A stretch of 64,000 nucleotides of DNA from an uncultured bacterium. Its GTDB lineage: Bacteria; Planctomycetota; UBA1135; GCA-002686595. Made by a program: the position numbers and the translations under genes. The stretch covers positions 1,312,001-1,376,000 of the forward strand of contig CALSNU010000001.1 in assembly GCA_943787795.1 (NCBI GenBank). Direction: 5' to 3'. The notes beneath the pieces are model-generated. The model had not been told where the DNA came from. It saw only the letters and a program-made list of their open reading frames with translations, and searched no databases. This document shows positions 51,228-59,713 of the stretch, one piece after another (position 1 is the stretch's first letter; every line of letters starts with the position of its first letter).

Positions 51228-53190
51228 GCTCGTCGCGGAGGAGCTCGGGGTTCCCTTCGCCCTCGAAGGCGATGTGCCAGGGGCTCTCGAGCCAGCCCGC
51301 GTCCCGGCGCTCCGGTGTCCACCAGCGATAGACGGACTCAAGGCCACCGGTGTAGCCGAGCTCCGCGAGCTTGGCCTGCACGGCGGGGGAGACCTCCTGG
51401 TTCTCGTAGGTCATCCCGGTGGAGCGGGCGGCCTCAAGCCACTGGAGGAGCGCGCTCCGCATGCGCTTGGCGCGCTCGAACTGGTCGAGGAGCTGATCGT
51501 TCGCGCCCCGCGGGTCGGCCTCAAGGTCGAAGAGGGTCACCTCGCCGAGGCGGCGGTTCGGGCTGGAGTCACTGTCCTGCACGTTGCGCAGGTAGAGCTC
51601 GAGGAGCCATCCCTCCAGTTCGATGCTCGCCGAGATTCCCTGGGCCGACATGGCGAACCGGGGCTCGGGCGCCGGGTCCTCCTCGAGGACCTCGCGCACG
51701 TCGCGGCCGGGGAAGGAGACGTCCTCGAGCCCAGCCATCTGGAGCAGCGTCTGCCCGACATCGATCTGACGGACCGAGGCGGCGCTCCGCGCGCCCGGGC
51801 GGATGCCGGGCCCACGGAGGATCAAGGGCACGTGGATCGTGGGGTCGGCGAGGCCGAAGTGATCCCACCAGATGTCGCGCTCACCAAGGGCCTCACCGTG
51901 GTCAGCGGTGAAGGCGAGGGCCGCCTCCGCCACGCGAGGCTGGGCGAGGAAGTCTCCGAGCAAGCCGTCGAGGTAGCGGACCTCGCCGGCATAGAGGGCG
52001 GTGACGAAGTCGGGATCGGAGAGCTTCGACTGCTTGAGCCACTCAGGGATCCGCTTCGCGGCCAGCCCGAGGTCTGAGTCGGCGCGGTATGGGTCTGGGC
52101 GTCCCTCGAGGAGGGTCAGCATCTCCTCGTCGGGGAGCTCGTAGGGCGTGTGGGCGTCGAAGAGGTGGACCCACAGGAAGAGCGGCGAGCCCGACGCGTC
52201 GTGGATCCACTCGCCCGCGCGGGCGAGGGTGCCCCGCCCGTCCACCGCGCCGCGCAGCGGCGCGCTCATGCGGTCGAAGCCCTGACCGAGGCCGCTGACA
52301 TCATCGAAGAGGTGGAAGGCGCTAAGCGTCGCGTAGGTCTGATAGCCCGCGTCCCGGAACTGTTCGGCGAGGGTGTCGGCCGACACGTGCAGCCGGGTGT
52401 GGTTGTTGATGATCTTGGTATCCCGCGGGTGGACGCCGGTCAGCAGCGCCACGTGGGAGGGATTGGTGTTGTTGATCGACGAGAAGCAGTTGGTGAAGAC
52501 CGCGCCCTCGCTGCCCAGCCTGTCGATGTGCGGCGTCGAGACCGGGGAGCCCGGGTTGATCGTCGACACGTGGTCGGCCCGGTGCGTATCGGAGGTGATG
52601 AGGATGACGGTGGGCTGCGCCGAGTCCGGCTCCACGATCCGGGGGGAGGAGAGGAGCAGGGCCGAGTTCGACGAACCTCCGGTGCCTCGCTCGAGCTCCA
52701 GGCCGCCGGGCCCGTCCGGGGAATACTGGAGGATCGTCCGCCAGCGGCCGCTCACCTGATGGCCCAAACCGCCGACGATGAGCTCCTCGGTGGCCCCCGC
52801 CTGGTCACTCACGAGGCAGGCATCGAAGGCCACCCAGGCGGCGTCACCGTCGAGGGGCTGGCCCGTGATGGTCGCGAGGCCGGCCCGGCTCGCGAGGGGG
52901 ACTTGGATCGCCGGGCGACGGTCGCGGCCGCTGTCGAGGGAAAGGGTGTAGGGGGCCGGGGCGTCCGACGGTGCGGGGAGGGCCAGGGCGGCGGCCAGCC
53001 CCTCGGGGAGCCCTTCCTCCGACCGCGGGCTCGCGGCCGGTTGGACCACCCCGTCCGCGATCGCGGTGAACATGAGCGCCGGGATCGGAGCACCCGCGGG
53101 TGCGACCTCCTCCACGCCGCCGGAGCAGCCAAGGGTGAGGAGCAGCGCGAGCGTGCCGGGGAGCAGAGAGACAGATGTCGGGGCAGGCAT
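51202..53190 (-). CDS. Sulfatase-like (alkaline phosphatase superfamily) lipoprotein, TxPSH type
   Basis: Lipobox LTLG-C; SDTHRADH, NTNPSHVALLTG, HLFDAHTPY, TADHGE, LAELGY. Confidence 0.87.
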   Translation of the reverse strand: MPAPTSVSLLPGTLALLLTLGCSGGVEEVAPAGAPIPALMFTAIADGVVQPAASPRSEEGLPEGLAAALALPAPSDAPAPYTLSLDSGRDRRPAIQVPLASRAGLATITGQPLDGDAAWVAFDACLVSDQAGATEELIVGGLGHQVSGRWRTILQYSPDGPGGLELERGTGGSSNSALLLSSPRIVEPDSAQPTVILITSDTHRADHVSTINPGSPVSTPHIDRLGSEGAVFTNCFSSINNTNPSHVALLTGVHPRDTKIINNHTRLHVSADTLAEQFRDAGYQTYATLSAFHLFDDVSGLGQGFDRMSAPLRGAVDGRGTLARAGEWIHDASGSPLFLWVHLFDAHTPYELPDEEMLTLLEGRPDPYRADSDLGLAAKRIPEWLKQSKLSDPDFVTALYAGEVRYLDGLLGDFLAQPRVAEAALAFTADHGEALGERDIWWDHFGLADPTIHVPLILRGPGIRPGARSAASVRQIDVGQTLLQMAGLEDVSFPGRDVREVLEEDPAPEPRFAMSAQGISASIELEGWLLELYLRNVQDSDSSPNRRLGEVTLFDLEADPRGANDQLLDQFERAKRMRSALLQWLEAARSTGMTYENQEVSPAVQAKLAELGYTGGLESVYRWWTPERRDAGWLESPWHIAFEGEGNPELLRDELRRASGDR

Positions 53191-53358
53191 GCCCCCAAGG
53201 CTACAGGTCTCCGTGGACAGGGGCCGAGGGTCGTCCGGCGGGAAGTCATCGGGGATCTCACCCCGGATCTGCCCCTGGCGCCCTGTGAGGGGGGGGCGAC
53301 AAAGGGCTAGACTCCTCGAAGTGGGGAAGACGCGGCGTGCCCGTGCGTCCCACCTTCA

Positions 53359-54432
53359 ATGCAAGGGCCCCAGACCGCACTCGTCACCGGCGCCGCCGGC
53401 TTCATCGGCGCCGCCGTGACCCGGCGGCTCATCGCCGCCGGCGTCCGGGTGATCGCCTTGGACGACCTCTCGGCGGGCGACCTCGCGCGCCTGGAATGCG
53501 CCAGGGGCGAGCTGCTCGAGATCGTCGAGGGGGACGCCTCGGACCGGGCCCTGCTCGCCGGGCTTCTCGACGCGGAACCCGAGGTGGTGATCCACCTCGC
53601 TGGCCGGGTGGGCGTCCGGACCGTGCTCTCCGATCCCGAGCTCTGCGAGCGCGAGAACATCGAGCTGGGCGAGGCGGTCGCGGGTGCGATCGCCCAACGC
53701 TGGCCCGGCGGGGTCCGCCCCCGTGTGCTGGCCGCCTCCACCTCGGAGGTCTACGCCGAGTCCGCAGCCCCCCTCTCGGAGGCCAGCGACCTCCGCGGCC
53801 TCGCGGCCAGCGGGCGCTGGCGTTACGCGGCATCGAAGCTCGCCTGTGAAGAGGCCCTCGACCGGGTCCTCGGCCCTACGGGCCCGAGCCCCGTGCACCT
53901 GCGCTTCTTCAACGTCGTGGGACCGGGGCAGGATGGCGCCAGCGGGATGGTGCTCCCGCGGTTCATCGAGGCTGCCCGCTCCGGCGCGCCCCTGACGATT
54001 CACGGACGCGGGTCCTCGGTGCGGACCTTCGCCCACGTGGAGGCGGTGGCCGAGGACATCGCGGCGCTGGCGCTGCCCGATCGGTTCTCGGTGCCCACGC
54101 AGGCGGCGCAGCTTGCGGACGTTCAAGGCCCCCTCAACGTCGGCGGGACGGCGCGCTCCACGGTGCTCGAGCTCGCCCACGAGGTCACCCGGGCCGCGGT
54201 CCGTCGCGGGCTCGCGCCGAGCCCCCTCCTCCATGTGGATCCTCGGCTGACGGTCTCGCCGCGCTTCGACGAGGTCCTCCACCGCGTGCCCGACCTCTCC
54301 CGCCTGCGGGGCCTGGGCCTTGGCCTCGCCCCCTGGTCCCTGGCCGACATCGTGGAGGACACCTTCGCGCGGCACGCCGCGCCGAGCGCCGCGCTCGCTG
54401 GTGGGCCGCTTTGCGAATCGCCCGTGTCCTGA
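53359..54432 (+). CDS. NDP-sugar epimerase/dehydratase
   Basis: VTGAAGFIG, HLAGRVGV, ASTSEVY, YAASK, RFFNVVGPGQ. Confidence 0.92.
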   Translation: MQGPQTALVTGAAGFIGAAVTRRLIAAGVRVIALDDLSAGDLARLECARGELLEIVEGDASDRALLAGLLDAEPEVVIHLAGRVGVRTVLSDPELCERENIELGEAVAGAIAQRWPGGVRPRVLAASTSEVYAESAAPLSEASDLRGLAASGRWRYAASKLACEEALDRVLGPTGPSPVHLRFFNVVGPGQDGASGMVLPRFIEAARSGAPLTIHGRGSSVRTFAHVEAVAEDIAALALPDRFSVPTQAAQLADVQGPLNVGGTARSTVLELAHEVTRAAVRRGLAPSPLLHVDPRLTVSPRFDEVLHRVPDLSRLRGLGLGLAPWSLADIVEDTFARHAAPSAALAGGPLCESPVS

Positions 54433-55580
54433 CGCGGCTCAACCTCGGCGGCCCGGCCCGCCAGGTGCTGGCCTCGGATCCGCTCCTCGTCGAGCGCGGT
54501 CACCGGATCCGGGTCTACGCCGGCTCGTCGGAGCCGGGAGAGGGGGACCTCGGCAAGGAGCTGATGGACCTGGGCGTCGAGGTGGTGTCGATTCCTGGCC
54601 TCAGGCGAGGACTCTCGGCGCTGCTCACCGGCGGGGACCTGAGGGCAGGGGCGCGCCTGCGCCGCGAGCTCGCCGCGTTCCGCCCGGACATCGTCCACAC
54701 CCACGCGGCGAAGGCTGGCGCGCTGGGTCGCCGCGCCGCGCGTCGCGCGGTCCCCGGAGCGCGTCGTGTGCACACCTTCCACGGTCACGTACTCGAGGGG
54801 TACTTCTCCCGGCCGCTCTCGCGGGCGCTCTGCCGGGTCGAGGCCAGGCTGGCTCGCCAGACCCACCAGATCCTCGCAGTCTCCGAGGCCACCGCAGCGG
54901 ACCTGGTCCGCCTCGGGGTCGTCGGGGCGGGAGACGTGGAGGTCGTGAGGCCGGGCAGCCGACTGGATGGGCTCTTGGACCTCCCCGAGCGCCGCGGCGG
55001 CGCCCTGCGTGATCAGCTCAGCCTGCACCCCGACGACGTCGCCATCGGCGTGATTGGCCGGCTGGCCCCCGTCAAGCGGACGGCCTTGGCCCTCGACGTG
55101 TTCGAGGATGTGGCAGCCGAGTTCCCTGAGGCTCACCTGCTCGTGGTGGGGGACGGGGACGAGCGGGCGCGGGTTCAGGCGCGGCGGAGCCTTCTCCCGG
55201 AGGAGATTTGTGCCCGAGTTCACCTCCTGGGCGCGGTCCAGGACGTTGGGCCGGTGCACGAGGCGCTGGATGTGCTCCTCTCAACTTCGTTCGCAGAGGG
55301 CCTACCGGTGGCGATGATCGAGGCTGGAGCAGCCGCCCGACCTGTGGTCTCGACCGCGGTAGGGGGCGTCCCGGAGCTGGTCCGCAGCGGCATCACGGGC
55401 CTGTTCGGCGTGGACAGGGCTGGTTTGTCGGCCGCGTTGGCCAGCCTCGTCGGCGACGAGGGCCGGCGGAACGAGATGGGTCGAGCCGCGCGGGCGCGAG
55501 TGCGGTCCGGATACTCTTCCCACGCACTCGCGGATCGGCTCGAAGCCGTCTATGCGCGAATGTTAGGTTCCGGCGAGTGA
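54411..55580 (+). CDS. Glycosyltransferase family 4
   Basis: TRLNLGGPA, PDIVHTHAAKAG, HTFHGHV, EGLPVAMIEA. Confidence 0.93.
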   Translation: MRIARVLTRLNLGGPARQVLASDPLLVERGHRIRVYAGSSEPGEGDLGKELMDLGVEVVSIPGLRRGLSALLTGGDLRAGARLRRELAAFRPDIVHTHAAKAGALGRRAARRAVPGARRVHTFHGHVLEGYFSRPLSRALCRVEARLARQTHQILAVSEATAADLVRLGVVGAGDVEVVRPGSRLDGLLDLPERRGGALRDQLSLHPDDVAIGVIGRLAPVKRTALALDVFEDVAAEFPEAHLLVVGDGDERARVQARRSLLPEEICARVHLLGAVQDVGPVHEALDVLLSTSFAEGLPVAMIEAGAAARPVVSTAVGGVPELVRSGITGLFGVDRAGLSAALASLVGDEGRRNEMGRAARARVRSGYSSHALADRLEAVYARMLGSGE

Positions 55581-56716
55581 ACCTCCTCATGGTGAGCGGC
55601 GATCGACAGGTCGTCGTCGGCGAGCGTGGCCCCTTCTGGTCGATGCAGCGCCACTTCTCGACCTTCTTCGAGCGGGTCGATGTCCTCGTGCCCGGGCCCG
55701 GGGCTGAGGTGGTGACGCGGACCATTCACGAGAACGTTCACTTCCATGTGGGCCCAGAGGGCCGCGGCGCGCTCCCCGGGTGGATCGCCTCCCGGGGCGC
55801 CCAGCTCGTGGACGAACATGGACACGGGCTCGTGGTCACCCACGACTATGGGACCTTCTACAACGGCCGCGGGGGGGCTCGCCTGGCGCGCGCTGCGGGG
55901 ATTCCGCTGGTCTCGGAACTGCACCACATCCCCGGGCACCCGGTGGCCAGCGGGATGATCGAGCGCCTGGAGAAGCTCATGGCCAGGCTCTACGTGGGCT
56001 GGGCGCGACGGCACGCGCGAGCCTTCCGCGTGGTCAACGAGTCCGAGATGCCGAGCCTGCTCCGCAGCTGGGGCGTTCCGGAGGAGCAGATCGTTGTGCT
56101 GCCCAGCCAGTACCTCGACTTCGAGGTCTTCCACCCGCCGGCGGAGGCGAAGGAGCCCGAGCGGGACGTGGTCTTCGTGGGGCGGATGGCGGCCAACAAG
56201 GGCGTGGACCGCATCCTCGAAGCGCTGGCCCGCTGCGCCGCGAAGGGGCGGCCCTATCGCGCGACGTTCGTGGGCAAGGGACCGGAGCGAGAGCAGTGGA
56301 TCGCGCGCGCCGCGCGCCTGGGGCTCGCGGACACCACGGAGTGGATCGAATGGATCGCGGAGCCCTCCGAGCTGGCGGACATCTACCGCACGAGCCGTGT
56401 CTGCGTGTGCGCTTCCACGTGCGAGGGCGGGCCGCGATTCACCGTCGAGGCCATGGCGTGCGGCGTGCCCGTGGTCTCGACGCCCGTCGGGGTGATGACG
56501 GACCTGCTGGCCGACGGTGAGGCGGGGCGGCTCGCGGGCTTTGATGTGGATAGCCTCGCGGCGGCCCTGGACGACGTGCTCTCCGATGAGACACGGCGCG
56601 CTCAGCGCGGCGCAGAAGCGATGGGGAGAGTTCAGATCTTCGAGTACCACGCGGCCCTCGAGCGGTATGCCAGAGGGCTCATCGCGCTCGCGGGAGCCCC
56701 GGAGGTCGGCGGTTGA
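55577..56716 (+). CDS. Glycosyltransferase family 4
   Basis: GTGA overlap; FVGRMAANKG, EGGPRFTVEAMACGVPVVSTPVG. Confidence 0.9.
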   Translation: MNLLMVSGDRQVVVGERGPFWSMQRHFSTFFERVDVLVPGPGAEVVTRTIHENVHFHVGPEGRGALPGWIASRGAQLVDEHGHGLVVTHDYGTFYNGRGGARLARAAGIPLVSELHHIPGHPVASGMIERLEKLMARLYVGWARRHARAFRVVNESEMPSLLRSWGVPEEQIVVLPSQYLDFEVFHPPAEAKEPERDVVFVGRMAANKGVDRILEALARCAAKGRPYRATFVGKGPEREQWIARAARLGLADTTEWIEWIAEPSELADIYRTSRVCVCASTCEGGPRFTVEAMACGVPVVSTPVGVMTDLLADGEAGRLAGFDVDSLAAALDDVLSDETRRAQRGAEAMGRVQIFEYHAALERYARGLIALAGAPEVGG

Positions 56717-57840
56717 ATCTCATCTTTGTCACGCAGGTCCTCGACCGAGAGGACGCGGTCCTCGGCTTCGTGTCGCGCTGGGTGCGCGGGCTGGCTGGAG
56801 CCGCCGCCCGCGTGCGCGTGCTCGCGCTCGAGGTGGGAGAGACCTCGGATCTCCCCGACAACGTGGATTGGGTCGAGCTCGGTCGAAGCGGCGCCGTCGG
56901 GCGCTACCTGCGCTACCGCGGCGCCCTGCGAAGGTCCTTCGCCGAGGGATTCGATGGGCTATTGACCCACATGGTGCCCCGCTACTCGACCCTCGCCGCC
57001 GGCTGGGCGCGTGCGGCCGGCGCGCCGCACTATCTCTGGTACACCCACAAGGGCGTCGACGGCCGGCTGCTGCGAGCCATCGAGCGGGTGGACGGCGTCT
57101 TCACCGCCTCGGAGGAGTCCCTGCGGGTGGACACTCCCAAGCGCATCGTCACCGGTCATGGCATCGACGCGGAACACTTCGACGTGGAGCGCCGGGCGTT
57201 CTCCGATGGACCGGGCGCCGGCGCCGGGGGCCGGGGCCGGGGCGCGGGCGGGGGCGGGGGGCAGCTGCTCTCCGTGGGGCGGCTCACCCCGGCGAAGGAT
57301 CCCGAGTGCGTGCTCGACGCGGTCGCGCGCCTGCGTACCGAGGGCAGGGACGTGGAGCTCACCTGGGCGGGGGGCGGCCTCGCCGCCGGAGACGACGCCT
57401 TCGCCCAGCGCGTGCGCGCGCTCGTGGAGTCCCTCGGGCTCGGGGGCGCGGTGCACTTCGAGGGGGCGGTGCCCTACACGCGGATCCCGGACCTCTATGG
57501 CGCCTCTGACCTCTTCGTCTCCGCGAGCCGGACCGGGAGCGTGGATAAGGTGCTGCTGGAGGCCATGGCCGCCCGCCGACCCCTGGTGAGCTGCAACGAC
57601 TCCCTCTCGCCGCTGCTCGAGGCAGACGGGGACCTCGCGCCCTGGGCGTCGGCCTGCTCCTTTCCGGAGGGGGACGGCGAGGCCCTCGCCCGTCGGGTGG
57701 CGGGCTGGCTCGACCTGGACCCCGCCGAGCGGGGCCAGCGGACCGAGGCGCTCCGTGCCCACGTCCAGCGGGACCACGACGTGGACCGGCTCATGGAGCG
57801 TCTCGTGCGGACCATGTCGGCGGGAGGAGCGGGTGCCTGA
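56713..57840 (+). CDS. Glycosyltransferase family 4 with a Gly-rich linker
   Basis: GHGID, SVGRLTPAK, SRTGSVDKVLLEAMA. Confidence 0.9.
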   Translation: MNLIFVTQVLDREDAVLGFVSRWVRGLAGAAARVRVLALEVGETSDLPDNVDWVELGRSGAVGRYLRYRGALRRSFAEGFDGLLTHMVPRYSTLAAGWARAAGAPHYLWYTHKGVDGRLLRAIERVDGVFTASEESLRVDTPKRIVTGHGIDAEHFDVERRAFSDGPGAGAGGRGRGAGGGGGQLLSVGRLTPAKDPECVLDAVARLRTEGRDVELTWAGGGLAAGDDAFAQRVRALVESLGLGGAVHFEGAVPYTRIPDLYGASDLFVSASRTGSVDKVLLEAMAARRPLVSCNDSLSPLLEADGDLAPWASACSFPEGDGEALARRVAGWLDLDPAERGQRTEALRAHVQRDHDVDRLMERLVRTMSAGGAGA

Positions 57841-59659
57841 AGCTCCCATGACCGCCGCTCCACCCGCCGGGGACGACGCTGCTCGCGCCGCCATCGTCGA
57901 GCCGCTCCAGCGAGTCCTGGGGTGGATGCTCGAGCACGCGGACCCCAAGACCGGGGCCTTGATCTGCCGTCAGCACGGCATCGAGCACACGGGCAAGAGC
58001 GCCGGTGCGGTGGTGCTGGCGACCGAGCTGGCGCGGTTCGCGCCTGAGGCCGACCGTGACCGACTCTTCGAGGTGGCGCGGGCGCAGTGCGGCCGGATCG
58101 CCGGCCGCCTGGAGCGTGAGGGGGACAGCGCCTGCTTCACGTTCCGCCCCGGCCGCCATGACCCGTACAACTGCTCCAACAGCGTCATCGACGGGGGCGC
58201 CTGCAGTGACGCGCTCGCGACGTTCGTGCTCGCCTTCGGCGATCGACTGCCCGCCGAGGAGCGGGAGCGTCTCGCCCACGCGAGCGTGCTGCATGCGCAG
58301 ACCTACCTACGCTACGCGATCGTCGATAAGGGAGTCCCCGCCCAGTGCGCCTGGGCCATGACCGGCGCCGCCCAGGCCTATCGGCTCTCTGGCCACGAGG
58401 TGCTGCGATACGCCTGCGTGGTGGGGGAGCAACGTATCGCCGGGCGGCAGCGCAGGGATGGCAGCTTCCCCTATCACCCCGAGGACTGGGGGGCTGCGCA
58501 CCCCGGGGCCGGGGACGCCAGCGCCTACTATCAGTCACGGGTCACGGCGTTCATGGCCTTTGCGCTCGAGGCGGCCCTTGGGTCTGAGGCCGGCGCCGCG
58601 GCCGACGCCAGCGCCGCGGAGGCCTTTGATTTTCTGCACGGACTGGCCGGCCCGGACGGGATCAAGGTGGGCTCGGTGGAGGCCAAGCCTTGGTACTGGG
58701 GCGCGGAGTACGAGGTGGCCTCGCACCCCTTTGACATCGCCGCGTTCGCCGCGGAGTGGCGGCGCACCCGCGCGCCTCGCGCGGCCGAGGCCATGCGTGC
58801 GTCCTGGCGGTCGTGGCTCTCCCATCTCAAGGCGAACGGTGAGCCGCAGTCGCACCTTCCGGGTCTACACGGCGAGCGCGCCCGATCGAACAGCTATCAG
58901 TGCCCGTTCTTCTGGGCCGCGCATGCGTGCTGGATCGCGCGCTCGATTCCAGAGCTCGCCGAGGCCCTCGCGTCCGAGGTGCGCGACCCGGCGCCGCCCA
59001 GCGGGTGGCGGCACTTCCCGGACGTGGACCTCGCGCGGCTCGATACGGACGATGTGGTGGCGTGGGTGCGCGGGGCGCGGCCGACGGGGAACCGCAGCCA
59101 CGGGAGCCCCGCAGGCGGCTTGCTCCGGGTCTACAGCCACGCGACTGGCGGCGACCTCTACCAGGCGCCGTACCTCGAGCGCCGTGCGCCGGCCAACTGG
59201 AGCGGGAGCGCCGGGGGCTTCAGCCTCGCCCGCGGCTGGCGCTCCGGCGCTGCGGATCTGCGCTTCTCCACCTGGATCGCCCGGACCCGGGTGCGGGCCG
59301 GCGCGGGCGCTGCAGCGCTGGGCGCGCCGCTCCAGGCCCTGCGCCGCTCGGTGGCCTCCTTCGCGTCGTCGGCGGTGGGCACGGCGTTCGTGCGCGACGC
59401 TCGGCTCCAGGGACCGACCGGCGGGGAGGTCGGCCTCGTTTGCGGCCTCGCCTTCCGCGACGGCTCGGCCGCCGGGGGCCGCTTCGAGCGCCGCTTCCGG
59501 CAGGTCGGCGAGGCGCTGGAGGTCGAGGAGCGGCTCCGAGACCCTGGCCGGGCCCGGGGCCTTTGGTTCAGGGCTCCCCTGGGGGCCACCGTGCTGGAGG
59601 ATGAACCAGAGCACATCCGCTACAGGTTCGGACGCGGCGCGGACGAGGGGACCGTGTAG
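57833..59659 (+). CDS. Hypothetical protein (predicted alpha-helical toroid plus C-terminal beta domain)
   Basis: Long ORF overlapping the upstream GT stop; typical codon bias; no family recognised. Start 57833 or 57848. Confidence 0.7.
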   Translation: MPEAPMTAAPPAGDDAARAAIVEPLQRVLGWMLEHADPKTGALICRQHGIEHTGKSAGAVVLATELARFAPEADRDRLFEVARAQCGRIAGRLEREGDSACFTFRPGRHDPYNCSNSVIDGGACSDALATFVLAFGDRLPAEERERLAHASVLHAQTYLRYAIVDKGVPAQCAWAMTGAAQAYRLSGHEVLRYACVVGEQRIAGRQRRDGSFPYHPEDWGAAHPGAGDASAYYQSRVTAFMAFALEAALGSEAGAAADASAAEAFDFLHGLAGPDGIKVGSVEAKPWYWGAEYEVASHPFDIAAFAAEWRRTRAPRAAEAMRASWRSWLSHLKANGEPQSHLPGLHGERARSNSYQCPFFWAAHACWIARSIPELAEALASEVRDPAPPSGWRHFPDVDLARLDTDDVVAWVRGARPTGNRSHGSPAGGLLRVYSHATGGDLYQAPYLERRAPANWSGSAGGFSLARGWRSGAADLRFSTWIARTRVRAGAGAAALGAPLQALRRSVASFASSAVGTAFVRDARLQGPTGGEVGLVCGLAFRDGSAAGGRFERRFRQVGEALEVEERLRDPGRARGLWFRAPLGATVLEDEPEHIRYRFGRGADEGTV

Positions 59660-59713
59660 TGTTCAGTCCGCCGCTGGACGTCCCGCTCCGGGACGCAGGA
59701 TGAACGTGATCCC

